Below are positions 26,861-40,499 of a stretch of 64,000 bases of DNA, piece after piece. This DNA comes from Felis catus. Lineage: Eukaryota. The notes beneath the pieces were generated by a model. The model was not told the origin of the DNA, did not search any database, and was given only the letters and a program-made list of their open reading frames with translations. The stretch covers positions 91,018,001-91,082,000 of the forward strand of contig NC_058368.1 of the NCBI RefSeq assembly GCF_018350175.1, written 5' to 3'. Position 1 is the stretch's first letter; each line of letters starts with the position of its first letter. The position numbers were made by a program, and so were the translations under genes.

Positions 26861-27721
26861 CTAATGCCAGCAAGCCCTGGGCCACCATGCCTCCTTCCCT
26901 TCTCTTCTACTCTTCCCTTTGAACAGTTGCTTTGGGATCTCCCTGTGGGGTCTGCAAGGAGTGAGGCTGGGTCAGGGTTCTGAGGGCCAGAGCTCCTTGC
27001 TTGGTGGGCCTCCAGGTGGTGTCTTAGCAGAGGCCCCCTTTGGCACACACAGTTCTGTACGCACTTCTTTATCTTGTCCAGGGAGGGGCAAGTGGCTGGC
27101 CCCATTCTCTGGTTTTTCTCAGTTGTAGGTACATCTCAGCATTATGACCCCCCCCCCCACTCCTCTTCCATGGGAATGCTGTCCTCCAGCCTTCCCTGGA
27201 GACATCTGAAGAACAACTTCACCCTGTGATCAGACTCTGCTCACCCAGGGGGAATCAGCTGTTCAACAGGCTGGCCACCCACAGTCCTTCTCACCTCCCT
27301 CCCTGCTTGGGATGTTCTAGCTCATTCCTTAATTCTCCTGTTGCTCCCTGTGTGTCTCCCTTTCCCCCGACTGCTTCTTTGGGCCACACAATGTCACTGG
27401 GTTGGCAAAACACACTGTGTCTTTTCACTGTTACCTGTGAATTCAGTGGTTCTTTCAAAGCCCCTTGAGTGGGGATGGGGTTGGGCTGGCTGAGGGGGGT
27501 GGGGATGGGGGTGGGGTCCTTGGGCATCTTATGTCAGAGGGATGTGGCCTGCTGCAGCTCCCCCCCCCTCCTTGCTCCTGCTCCCCACCCTCCCCTTTGG
27601 GGGCACCTGGTCTGGTTCTGGCCCTTTCCCCACAGACCCCTGGAAGAGAGGAGGCCTTTGACAGGAATGTGGCTCAGAATCTCCTCGGCCAGAGTGCAGG
27701 TTCACCAGCTGAGAGCTCTGA

Positions 27722-28378
<657 letters not shown>

Positions 28379-28874
28379 TAAGTGGCTTCGCTGTCCTAGC
28401 TGCGTGGGGAAGATTGGGGCTCCCCTGTTCTCCTCTGTGCCCTGAGCACTTGAGATGTAATGTCTCCTCTGTATGAAAAGCACTTGGGATGTAATATCCT
28501 GACCCCAGCAGTGCACAGGGCAGTTCCCTCAGTAGAATGAACAAATCCAGGGCCACCTTGCTGGGGGCCTTCAAGGCATTATGCCGTTCAAGCCCCTGGG
28601 CAGGGGCTCCTTACCCCATTTTACACATGAATAACAGGGGCTCTGAGGAAGCCTCGCCCAGAATTAGAGAGCTTGGAGGCAGGGAAGCCACAACCCAACC
28701 AGGTGTGCAAGCCCCAGGCGTCCCCTGAATTTGGGGGCCGGGCAAGCTTGATTGTAAACCTCGCAGGGCCTCTGGGTCTGTGCAGGGATGTGCACCCCAT
28801 CGGTTGAGTGGGTGGAGACTCCGGGCTGCAGACGCCTCGGCCTCCACTGCGTTCTCAAGAAACAGCGCCCCCCT

Positions 28875-29089
28875 GGGGCGCCTGGGTGGCGCAGTCGGTT
28901 AAGCGTCTGACTTCAGCCAGGTCACGATCTCGCGGTCCGTGAGTTCGAGCCCCGCGTCAGGCTCTGGGCTGATGGCTCAGAGCCTGGAGCCTGTTTCCGA
29001 TTCTGTGTCTCCCTCTCTCTCTGCCCCTCCCCTGTTCATGCTCTGTCTCTCTCTGTCCCAAAAATAAATAAAAAACGTTGAAAAAAAAA
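28875..29089 (+). mobile_element. Young SINEC_Fc in intron 7
   Basis: TSD aagaaacagcgccccc; CpG-rich. Confidence 0.95.
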
Positions 29090-29093
29090 GAAA

Positions 29094-29109
29094 CAGCGCC
29101 CCCTGGAGG
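29094..29109 (-). promoter_or_regulatory. Candidate CTCF site
   Basis: cagcgccccctggagg; reverse complement CCTCCAGGGGGCGCTG. Confidence 0.5.
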
Positions 29110-29315
29110 GCAGGATCCTGAGGGGCAGGCCTCTGCACACTGGCCCCCAAGTGTCCTTGGTTTTAAGAACCGAGCTGACAAAAAACCCAGCTCAGGGCAG
29201 ACCAGAGAAAACCACGGGCGGGGGGGGGGGGGGGCAGGACGCGGGGAGCCGCTGGGGGAGGTTGGGGCGGCCCCCCAGCTGCCAGGTCAGTGTGGCCAAG
29301 GTGACGGTCCAGTGA

Positions 29316-29483
<168 letters not shown>

Positions 29484-29653
29484 TGAGTACCTCCCCGTGC
29501 GTGTCCCGTGGTGACCCCGCAGCCCTGGGTTCAGCTCTAGGAAGGCACATGCACAACCCCCCCGCCCCAGCCCCCAACCCAATGTGCCTGGGCACAGCCC
29601 CAGGCCTCAGCCCTCCAGTTTGGGGCACAGGGGAGGGAGAGGGAGAGCAGTGC

Positions 29654-29655
<2 letters not shown>

Positions 29656-29692
<37 letters not shown>
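29656..29692. repeat. (GT)n microsatellite in intron 8
   Basis: Read directly from sequence. Confidence 0.95.
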
Positions 29693-29697
<5 letters not shown>

Positions 29698-29842
29698 ATG
29701 GTGGGGAGAGATCCCATTGTCAGTGTGACCCGCCTGGCCTGAAAAGTGGGCGCAGCAGCTGCACCTTTAATGGGATGCCTGGGTAGCTTACAGCTACCGA
29801 GATGCGGAGGCAGCACAGCTGAGAGCTGGAGTGTGCAGATAG

Positions 29843-30136
<294 letters not shown>

Positions 30137-30599
30137 TAGCTTCTTAGGAGGCAGCTGGTGTTGGGGTGGCTCCAGAGGGCAGGCCGGAGCAGGCCTCCAG
30201 GACAGCAGCCTCTCCCTCTGCATCCACTGCCCCTCACCCACTTGGCACCCAGTGCCCACCTGGCAAGTCTGGACATGGTCCTGGTGACCAGGGCTGTGAC
30301 CAGGGCATCAGAAGGGATGGTGGGGAAGTACTGGTGAGTCCTCTGCATTGCCTTCAGAGTTCAGGAGGGCTTCCCCGAGGAAGAAGTGAGGTATAAAGGC
30401 TAAATGGGAAGAGAGAACATTCTGGAAGGCAGGAATCACATGTGCAAAGGCTTAGAGGTGAGGGAACATAGCGTACAGAGAACCCACCGGTTGTTACTAG
30501 GATCTAGTGCCAGGACAGAGCCAGCAGTAGGAACCCCAGCCATCAGGATTGACTGTACCTGCTGATCAGGGCCCACCCTGTCGCAAGCAGTATGGCAAG

Positions 30600-30760
30600 A
30601 GCATTAGTGTCTGTTAGCATCTGACCTAATGCTCCTCTCAACTGCATGAAGGAAGTGTGCAAAATATTCCCACTTTACAGATGAGGAAACTGAGGACTTA
30701 GATAACATGCCTAAGGCCACAGAGCAAGCAAATGGTGAACTTGGGTACTGATGTAGGTGG
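30600..30760. mobile_element. MIR remnant
   Basis: cccactttacagatgaggaaactgaggacttaga...cctaaggccacagagc. Confidence 0.75.
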
Positions 30761-31421
30761 TCTAAGCTCTTGCATGACTGCCTAAAGAACTTGGGGGGAT
30801 TGATTCTCATGACAACAGGAAGCTCTAGAAATGTTTAAAGAGGGGGATAGCATGGCCATATCTGAGTGTCAGCTGGATCCCTCAGAGACATCCTAGAGGA
30901 AGAGGTATGGGGATAGCCAAACAGAAAGGCCAGAGAAGAGGCGACTGTGAGGTTCACGGAACAAATACCAAGGGCTGAAGCAAGAGAAGGGCAGAAGGGA
31001 GAGCTCCAGGAGGGCTTTAGGGGGTGGAGTCCTCAGCTGGGGGATAGTAGGTGCCCCTAGGGCCCTGCAGTGACAGCCCCTCCTAGCCACCAGCCACTCG
31101 TACCTGGGCCAGAGGGATGCCCACCAGACTTCCTGCCAGGTATACTGACTCCCAGCTGTCTGTCCAGACTCCATGGCAGGTGCAGGGGCCAAGGACTGAA
31201 GGCTGGGGAGGCCCCTCAGCCACCACAGGGACAGGAAGCAGCTACTGCATGCTGGAGGTTGTCACAACCTCAGAATCATACAGAGCTCAGGGCATCACAC
31301 GTGGGCCACCATGGGCCACCAAATCGTGCCTGACTCCACCCTGTCCAAGAGGACCCTGGGGGACCCTAAGGGACCTGCAGTGGGAGGCAGCCTGGTGAGC
31401 TGCCCCTGCTCTCTCTTCTAG

Positions 31422-31562
<141 letters not shown>

Positions 31563-31952
31563 TGACATGCCCAGATCTCCAGGAACAGGCCCTGCACCAC
31601 AGGTGGAGCCGGGTGAGGGGTCTTCTCCAGGCATCCCTGCCTCTTTCCTAATAAATCCTCACATGTGACACCAGAGTTTCTGTCCCCTCCACTTCGAACC
31701 CACTATTTCTTCTGTCGGAGCAAACCTGGTGTCTCAGAGTTTCTCACTGTGCTCCAAGCACCCCCCAACTCAGGAATCCCTACTCTGAGGAGCAGTTTCA
31801 GGGTTCTGGCAGTCTTCTGTCCCCCCGTGGACACTGTGGGTGACTGGGTCACTTCACTTTAAGGCCAAAATTGGGGGTTGGTGACACCTGGGTCCCTAGC
31901 CCCAGCATCATCAGGCTTAGCTTAGCCTCTCCTTCCCTGGGGCCTCTGTGTT

Positions 31953-31965
31953 TGCCCCCTGGTGG
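31953..31965 (-). promoter_or_regulatory. Candidate CTCF core
   Basis: tgccccctggtgg. Confidence 0.45.
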
Positions 31966-32433
31966 GCACACTTGTTCCCTTGAGGCGGCTCCAGGCTCCA
32001 TGGCTGGCTGCCCCGGCACCTGCCAGCAGCCTCAGACCCACTTCCCACCCTCCAGCAACTTGACAAAAGATGGGCTTTTCTTACCTTGTCCTTTCTGCCG
32101 AAACTCTGGGCTTGGTTCTCACAGGCTCAGATGAAATCACATGCTCACTCTTCAGCAAATCACTTGCTGAGGGCTGGCTCATGCAGGGGAGCCAAAGCGT
32201 GGGTGACAGACCACTGATGACAGACCATGTGGGCTCAGCCCACAGAAGCCCTGCAGACCTGGTGGTTGGGGATGGGGAGTGGGGAGTGCCCACAGCACCT
32301 GTGCCCCAACATCAGGCCTAAAAAGGCCCCCAAGTCGTCCAGGCCTGAGGTCCCTCCATGCAGGCCTTAAATTCTGGCTACTTTTAGTTCCTGGTAGAAC
32401 TTCTTCAAGACACAGATTTCTAAGCCCACTCTT

Positions 32434-32490
32434 TTTTTTTTTTTTTTTATGAAATTTATTGACAAATTGGTTTCCATACAACACCCAGTG
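32434..32490 (-). mobile_element. Extremely 5'-truncated young feline L1 (3' tip plus polyA)
   Basis: Perfect 14-nt TSD ctaagcccactctt at 32420-32433 and 32491-32504. Confidence 0.85.
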
Positions 32491-32569
32491 CTAAGCCCAC
32501 TCTTAAAGATTTTGGTTTAGGGTAAGGATCAGGAATTACTTTTGTTTTTGTTTTGTTTTGTTTTGTCTT

Positions 32570-33085
32570 ATTTTTAAATTATTTTTCAATTTTTAATTGT
32601 AATAAATTTAGTAATTTAATTTTTTAATATTTGCCCTTTTAACCATCTTCTACAATCCCATGGCCTTTTAGTACATTCACAGTGTTGTGCACCTGTCACC
32701 ATTATGTAGTTCTAGAACTTCATCACCCCAAAGGGAGACCCCATTAAGCAGTGACTCCCCTATTAAGCTGTCTCCAGCCCCTGGCAACCACTAATCTGCC
32801 TCTGTCTCTAAGGATTTTCCCATTCTCAAATTCCACATGAATAGAATCACACAGTATGTGGCCTTTTGTGTCTGGCTTCTCTTGTTGAATGTTATTAAGG
32901 TTCATTTGTATTGTAGCATGTGTCAGTGTTTTATTCCTTTTTATGACTGAATAATATTCTACCTCATGCTTAGACCACAATTCGTTTATCTGTTCATACA
33001 TTGATGGACATTTTGATTGTTCCCACCTTTTGGTATTTGTGAATAGCGCTGCTATAAACACCTGTGTACAAATTTTTGCTTGAAG
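32570..33085 (-). mobile_element. Old L1 3' end (L1MB-like)
   Basis: cccctggcaaccactaatctg...; minus ORF MFIAALFT... Confidence 0.8.
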
Positions 33086-33099
33086 CTCTGGGAATTGTT

Positions 33100-34060
33100 G
33101 TGGTTTTTTGTTTTTTGTGTTTTGTTTTGTTTAATCAAAATTTATTTATTTATTTTCAGGAAGAGAATTTAGTGATTCATCACTTACATATAACACCTAG
33201 TGCTCATCCCAACCAGTATCTTCCTTAGAGGCCATTACCCCTTTAGCCCTTCCCCCCACCCAACACCCTGCCAACAACCCTCAATTTGTTTTCTCTATTT
33301 AGAAGTCTCTTATGATTTGTCACCCTCTCTGTTTTTATCTTATTTTTGCTTTCTTTCCCTTATGTTCATCTGTTTTGTATCTTAAATTCCACAGATGAGT
33401 AAAATCATATGATATTTGTCTTTCTCTAACTGACTTATTCTGCTTAGCTAATACACTCCACTTCCATCCATGTTGTTGCAAATGGCAAGACTTCATTCTT
33501 TTTCATTACCGAGGAATATTCCATTAAATATATATACCACGTCTTCTTTATCCATTCATCAGTCATTGGGCATTTGGGCTCTTTCCATACTTTGGCTATT
33601 GTTGATAGTGCTGCTATAAACATTGGGGTGCATGTGCCCCTTTGAATCAGCATTTTTCTATCCTTTGGATAAATACCTAGTAGTGCAATTACTGGGTTGT
33701 AGGGTAGGTCTAGTTTTAATTTTTTGAGGAACGTCCACACTGTTTTCCCAACCCCATTTGCTCAAAAGACTCTCTTTTTGCCATTGGATATTCTTTCCTG
33801 CTTTGTCAAAGGTTAGTTGGCCATACGTTTGTGGGTCCATTTCTGGGTTCTCTATTCTGTTCCATTGAGCTAAGTGTTTTTGTGCCAGTACCATACTGTC
33901 TTAATGATTACAGCTTTGTAATACAGCTTGAAGTCTGGAATTGTGATACTCCAACTTTGGTGTTCTTTTTCAGGATTGCTTTGGCTATTCGGGGTCTTTT
34001 ATGGTGCCATACAAATTTTAGAATTATTTGTTCTAGCTCTGTGAAGAATGCTGGTGTTAT
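33100..34060 (-). mobile_element. Carnivore L1, 5'-truncated, with an internal deletion
   Basis: ORF2p fragments ([38 protein letters not shown]). Confidence 0.88.
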
Positions 34061-35854
34061 GTTAGGGTGGGAACTGGTGATTTTTAAGAGTGCGCCCAGG
34101 TGATTTGGCAATGCCCCCAGACTTCACGAGCTGTTAGAAGTTCGAGGTGGGTTGTTGTTAGTAATACGCCAGGGATCTCGTAAAGCCAGAACTGACCACA
34201 TAGCCCTCCTCCCGCACAGGAGCTCAGTGGAGGGAACACGGGCCCGGGAGCATTTGCCACATCCCTTATGACCAGCTTTGTAAACACTGAGGTGGGGGCT
34301 GAGACTAGCTAGCATGGCTTCCTGCCCCATCCGTGTCCTTACTTTCGACCCGTCCACCCTGCACAGAGAGAAGGTGGATGCGGTGGGAGGCAGCCCTGCA
34401 CAGGCTTTTACCCCACAGGACCCCCAGCCGCTGGGAGGAACATGGGCCAGAGAATGCCTGCACTTCCAGCCAGTCGGCCCCCCTCTTCTTGTGAGGAGGG
34501 TGAGGGGAGGTGGTGTCTGGTAAGGAAGGTGCCCAGATGTGGCCAAAGCGCTCCTCCTCACAGAAACCACTGACCTGGCCACTGCCCTTCTTTCATTTTA
34601 GGTGGTGGGACCCTGGTTCATTTAGCCCAGTAAATAATATTACATTCTGTTTGTTAAATAACAGAGCAATGCTGAAGGCATCCGGGGCAGAGCTGGGGCT
34701 GGGGTCAGCCCACCCTGGTTCACAAGAGCACAGGGAAAACTGACCCACATCAGGGATTCTTGGTGTGTGTGGAGAGGGTGGGTGCAGGGACACAGGAAGA
34801 GGCAGGCGCACCTCCTGGGACCTATCACACTCCTCTGCCTGTGTGTGTTTGTATGTTGCAGTCTTACTCGTTATTGCATGTAATTTTTTATTTGGGAGGC
34901 AACCCTCCCTTACCTTCCCCTTTCCTGCAAAACAGGGGAGTGAGGAGGGTGCAGGCAGAAGTCTGGCCTCATTGGAGAAATAGCAGGACATCTCAGGGAT
35001 GGGGAGGCATGGCTGTGAAGTGTTCAGCTGTCCCTTTCCCTCTGGCCCCAGCACCACCACCACCACCCCCCTCTCCTGCAGGGAGTGACAGAGCTTAGGC
35101 TCAGGACACAGTGTGGCCTCCTAGGATCCTCATTGTCCACATTCTCCAGCAGCTCATCCCAAGCACGTTGTCCCCTCTTGGCCTCCACACCCAGATTATG
35201 CCCCTGCTTACTCATTGTTGTGTATCCACCATTTCCCAGAGACAGAACAATCCGTACCTACATTCCACACACAGGGATGACCTAGAGAGAGCAAACAAAC
35301 GAACCACCCGCCCTCCACCCTCTAGGTTCACAGTGAGCCTGCCCTGGGTCAGAATCTGTGAGGGTCGGGTAGGCAGGGGATGTCAACAGCACCCTTGGGG
35401 TTCGGGGCCCCGTGCCTCAGAGAAATGAAGCAGAGAGGATCAAGGTGGGGAGGAGCAAGGGCCAGTGGTGTATGGCTCTCCCATGGAATCAAGAGGTGGG
35501 TTTGGCTGAGAGGGGAGAGGGGAGCGTGTTGCCCTCTGACAGAGAAGTGGGCAGTGGGCCTGAGCATCAGTCTGCTTGGTCAGATTCATTCATTCATTCG
35601 TTCCTTCACATTCACTGCATGTGTCTTGCCCCTCCACCTCCTTCAGACCTTACTGTCTGTGGCGGTCAGCCATGAACATGAAGAGGCAGTGAGGACGGGG
35701 CTGGGGAGTGGCCAGTTGGGGAACCCAGAGAGGCTTCCCAGTCAATGACCCCCACTGACGCCCGAAAAGTGAGAGGAGCAGTCCAGGTGGGAGACGGTGC
35801 CGGGAGGGAGCCTGGTGAGGAAGGCCAGGGAGGGCAGATGAAACAGGGAGGACT

Positions 35855-36370
35855 TGTGTTTCATAGTACAGTGTATTTACATAAAATTTGACATGGAGGA
35901 AGTCCAAGAGATCAGAGAAACAGTTTGTTTGTCATGGATCCCGAAGGAAGGGTTCCAGGGGGCCATGCTCCAAAGTACCAGGGTGGGTCAGGTTAGGAGG
36001 CAAAGCATGGGAGCAGCTGTGGTTTCTGTAGAAAAAAACAGGTGAGGCAGGGTAAGCAGGCTTGGGATTGGTCAATGTGAATAATTTCAGTGGGCAGGAG
36101 GGACTGATACCTCTGGTATCATCCAGTACCTTTCCCCCGGGGGTGATTCGAACAGAAGGTGACCTTGAATGTGAGAGTCTGATAGAGGAAGTGTTTGGGT
36201 CATCAGCTCTGGATTATTGGTTGGTTTGCATTTAAAAATCCCACTACTGGGTGAGTTGTTTACTATCCTTAGAAACTGGCTAATCCTGGAAGGGGCAGTC
36301 CCTTTAGGGTCAGCAGGGGTCCAGATGTCAAAGCATCAGAATCCAGGAAACAAAAAACTTGGTGATTACC
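35855..36370 (-). mobile_element. ERVL-class solo LTR, MER74-like (copy 2)
   Basis: gggtcagcaggggtccagatgtcaaagcatcagaa; homologous to 2045-2470. Confidence 0.6.
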
Positions 36371-37513
36371 CATGGCTCCCCAGGAGGCCTGTCCCTGTCG
36401 TGCCCTGTTCAGGGTGCTGGCAACGTTGCTCAAATCTGCTGCCAGACAGGCACGCCCTGGAGCAGAGACAGGCCAAGCACAGAGGGTCCTTTCAGGTGCC
36501 CTCTGCCCCACAGGCCAGGCTGGTGGGCTCACCTTGCCCTCCCTGATTGAGCCAGGGTTGGAGCAGAGGGGGGTCAAAGATGGCTCCCACCTCAGCATGT
36601 TGGCAGGAAAGAGTCCTCCAAGTGCTCTCACATTGACACACAGCATCTTGGGGAAGCAACACCCACTCTCCATTTTCATGAATTTAGTTTCAGAGACACG
36701 GGCCTGGTGTAAGGGCCCCATGATGCCCCTGTGTCATGCCTCATGTTTCCCTTGCACAGCTGAGAAGGGGCAGGCAGGCATAGTGACAGGGGCAGCCCAG
36801 GATCTGGACCCAAAAGTTCAAGCCCTGGGTCTCCTTCCTCACCATGTGACCTCGGGCATCCTTTCTCTTCTCGGGCAAGTCACCTAAGTGTCCAGCTCAC
36901 TTATCCTCACAGGCTCCTGGCATGTGGTACCCACCTGGCACATGCTGGCAGGTAGAGGAAGGCTGAGGACCGCAGTGGTTCAGAAATGCTAACCGTGCAC
37001 TTCCCTGAAACAGGCAGTCTACCTTTCAGGCTTTCAGAGCAACCCAGCAGAATTCCTGGCCCCTGCCTGGATGCATCAGTGTTCTCCACGGTATTATCCT
37101 GTGAAGCAGCTCCCTTGGATTTGTCACAGGCCCAGGATTCACTCAGGACAGGTGGCTTTGTGCTTTTAAATGTTTCAGCCTCTCTATTGTATGAAATATT
37201 TGTAGGCATTTAAACACATGTTTATAAAGCATTTTAATAACCTTAAACATGTTTTTTAAAATAATAGCACTGAGGCATCGGAGTATGAAATTGTTCACAT
37301 GAGGTGATGTCAAATGCTCGTAGTCATTTAGGAGGAAATAAAACAAAATATCGGAAGGATGTCTTCTGAGTCGTGGAATTAAGGGTAGTTTTCCTTTCTT
37401 TCTGCCTTGCTTCGTGTTCTCTACAATGCATGTGTATTGCCTCTGTGCATTTGGACCCAAGTTTGTGGGAGAGGTGGCCCATCACAATGTGGAATGTTCT
37501 GAGTTGTCCTGAG

Positions 37514-37593
37514 CCCAGCTTCCTATTTCCAGACTAGGCACCGATTTGTCCCACCCAGCTTCCTATTTCCAGACTTGGCACCAATTTGTCCCA
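37514..37593. repeat. 40-nt tandem duplication (2 mismatches)
   Basis: cccagcttcctatttccagact(a/t)ggcacc(g/a)atttgtccca twice. Confidence 0.95.
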
Positions 37594-37719
37594 TAGGGAC
37601 AAGGGGACCACTGTCTAGCCTCCTCCATCCTCCTGGTCCTTGGTGCCCTCGACCAGCAGTGACTTGGAAGTTGGACCCCAGTCACAGCCTTCAGAGATGC
37701 CAGGAGCCCTCACTCCCTC

Positions 37720-38062
37720 TGTGTCTGAGTCAGCTCAGGGTGCTGTAACAAAAATATCATAGACTGGGGGGATTCAACAGCCAACATTTGTCTCTCCCAG
37801 TTCTGGAGGCTGGAAGTCTGAGATCAGGATGCCAGACTGGTCAGGTTCTGGCGACAGCTACAGAATGCCATCTGCCCTTGCTGTGTCCTCACGTTTCAGA
37901 GACAGAAATAGTCTTTCTAGTGTCTTTTTATAAAGGTGCCAATCTCATAAGGGGCTTCACCCTCATGACCACCGGGTCATGTGATGGGTCTAATACCATC
38001 ACACTGGTGCTTAGGCTTGAACATAAGAATTTGGAGAGGATGCAAACGTTCATTCCACAGCA
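37720..38062 (-). mobile_element. MaLR (MLT1-type) LTR remnant
   Basis: gctgtaacaaaaatatcatagactgggg...cagttctggaggctggaagtctgagatcagg. Confidence 0.75.
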
Positions 38063-38440
38063 TCTTCTTACCTGGGCCCTCTTCCCTGCCTGCCAGCCCC
38101 ACCTTGCACCACCAGCTGGGGGGCCACCAGCCAGTGTTTCTGTGGGTTCTTTCTTTCTCTTCAATGATTGAGTGAGGGGCACTTTGGGGTAAGATATGAG
38201 GTAACTGTGGTCTGGAAGGTCATGACCAGCATCATTGGTGGCCTGCAGACACATCTGCCTGACCCCAGGCTTGCCAGCTGTGCACCAGCCTTATGATGGT
38301 GGAGCCTTTGACTGCTTGCCCAGACCCTGGGAAGGAGAATCTGGAGAGTGGAAGACTCTGTCTCACCTCACAAGGGCTCACACTGGTATGAAGGCAGGTC
38401 TGGGAGTCCCTTGGTAGGTTAGGAAGGGTGAGAAGCCTAT

Positions 38441-39378
38441 GGAAGGAAGGAAGGAAGGAAGGAAGGAAGGAAGGAAGGAAGGAGAGGGAGAGAGGGAGGG
38501 AGAAAGGAAGGAAGGGAAAGAAGAAGGAAGGAAGGAAGGAAGGAAGGAAGGAAGGAAGGAAGGAGAGGGAAAGAGAGGAAGGGAGGAAGGAAGGAAAGGA
38601 AAGGAAAGAAGAAGGAAGGAAGGGAGGGAGGGAGGAAGGAAGGAAGAGAAAAAGGAAGGGAAGGAGGAAGGAAGGAAGGGAAAAAGGAAGGAAGGAGGGA
38701 GGGAGGAAGGAAGGAAGGAAGGAAAGAAGGAAGGAAGGGAGGAAGGAAGGGAGAGAAGAAGGAAGGAAGGAAGGAAGGAAGGAAGGAAAGGAAGGAGAGG
38801 GAGAGAGGGAGGGAGAAAGGAAGGAAGGGAAAGAAGAAGGAAGGAAGGAAGGAAGGAAGGAAGGAAGGAGAGGGAGAGAGGAAGGGAGGAAGGAAGGAAA
38901 GGAAAGAAGAAGGAAGGGAGGGAGGGAGGAAGGAAGGAAGGAAGGAAGAGAAAAAGGAAGGAAGGAAGGAAGGAAGGGAGGGAGGGAGGGAGGGAGGAAG
39001 GAAGGAAGGAAGGGAGGGAGGGAGGGAGGAAGGAAGGGAAAAAGGAAGGAAGGAAGGGAAATGGAAGGAAAGAAGGGAGAGAAGAAGGGAGGAAGGAAGG
39101 AAGGAAGGAAGAGAAGAAGGGAGGGAGGGAGGGAGGGAGGGAGGGAGGGAGGGAGGAAGGAAGGAAGGGAAGAAGGAAGGAAGGAAGGGAGAGAAGGAAG
39201 GGAGGGAGGGAGGGAGGAAGAAAGGAAGGAAGGGAAAGAGGAAGGAAGGGAGGGAGGAAGGAAGGAAGGGAAAAAGGAAGGAGGGAAGGAAGGGAGAGAA
39301 GAAGGTAGGGAGGAAGGTAGGGAGGGAGGAAAGAAGGAAGGAAGGAAGGAAGGAAGGAAGGAAGGAAGGAAGGAAGAG
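38441..39378. repeat. 938-nt polypurine (GGAA/GGGA)n complex satellite
   Basis: Almost purely A/G; I found only three T (39062, 39306, 39318). Confidence 0.97.
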
Positions 39379-40255
39379 CTGAGGCAGGCTCCCAAGCAGA
39401 GATGTGCACAGGGGTAGGGGAGGCAGGCATGGGTTTGTCTGAGAGAGGAGAACCAGGAGGGAAGCGTGGCAGTGACGTGGGTACAGAGTTGGCAGCATGG
39501 CTCCCTAGGAATGGACTCTGAGACAGAGATCCAATTGTGGGCATCTTCCTGGGGAACGCCTGTAGGATCACGTCTGTGGGAAGAGTGAGGCATCAAATAG
39601 CAATATGGCCACGTTATGGGTCTCAGCAGACCCCACCCAAAGCTCTGGGCTGAACTTTCAGACCTGTGCCCAACTTTGACCAGTGGTTGGCTGTGGCTAT
39701 TCCCAGGAAAGAGGCATGACTCTGGGCTAGGCAGCGCTCTTTGGCTGAGGGCATTTCCTGGAAAAGGACTCAACTGTGAGCATGGACAACCAACACACTT
39801 CATGGCTGGGGGAGCGAGAGCCTCAGTCCTGAAGGGGGATGTCTTTTTGGCATCTGCTGCCCTGGGTGTGGGGGAAGGAAGTGGAGTGTTAGGCTTCCTG
39901 AGCAGCAGCATTTGCAAAGGCTGGGAGGGAAGCAAGTGTGGTCTGTCCAGAGACCAGTCAGTGTCTGGGTGCCTGGCATGGTGGTGGGCAATGAGGCAGG
40001 AGGGGCGAGTAGGAGCCGGTCAGGCAGGGCCAGGCTAGGCTAAAGAGCTAGTCTGAATCCTGCAGCAGCAGGAGCCTGCGGAAGGTTTTGAGAGAAGAGC
40101 AGAGGTGAATCCACCATGAATCTTAGGATGCGTGTGCTCCAGCACCTCATACTTCCATTGGGTCCCTTACGATGTCATGTGTTCACATGGTCATGTGTTT
40201 TCATAAAGTTTGCAGAAGTAATTTAACTGTAATCAATTAAGATCACTTCTCTTTT

Positions 40256-40499
40256 GGGGCGCCTGGGTGGCGCAGTCGGTTAAGCGTCCGACTTCAGCCA
40301 GGTCACGATCTCGCGGTCCGTGAGTTCGAGCCCCGCATCGGGCTCTGGGCTGATGGCTCAGAGCCTGGAGCCTGTTTCCGATTCTGTGTCTCCCTCTCTC
40401 TCTGCCCGTCGCCCGTTCATGCTCTGTCTCTCTCTGTCCCAAAAGTAAATAAACGTTGAAAAAAAAATTAAAAAAAAATTTTTTTAAATAAAAAAAAAA
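40256..40499 (+). mobile_element. Young SINEC_Fc
   Basis: 17-nt TSD aagatcacttctctttt at 40239-40255 and 40500-40516. Confidence 0.95.

Noticed and set aside
38232..39935. Long ORFs (289-567 aa) on both strands
   Set aside because: They arise because the GGAA/TTCC satellite contains no stop codons; low-complexity EGRK/PSFL translations, not genes.
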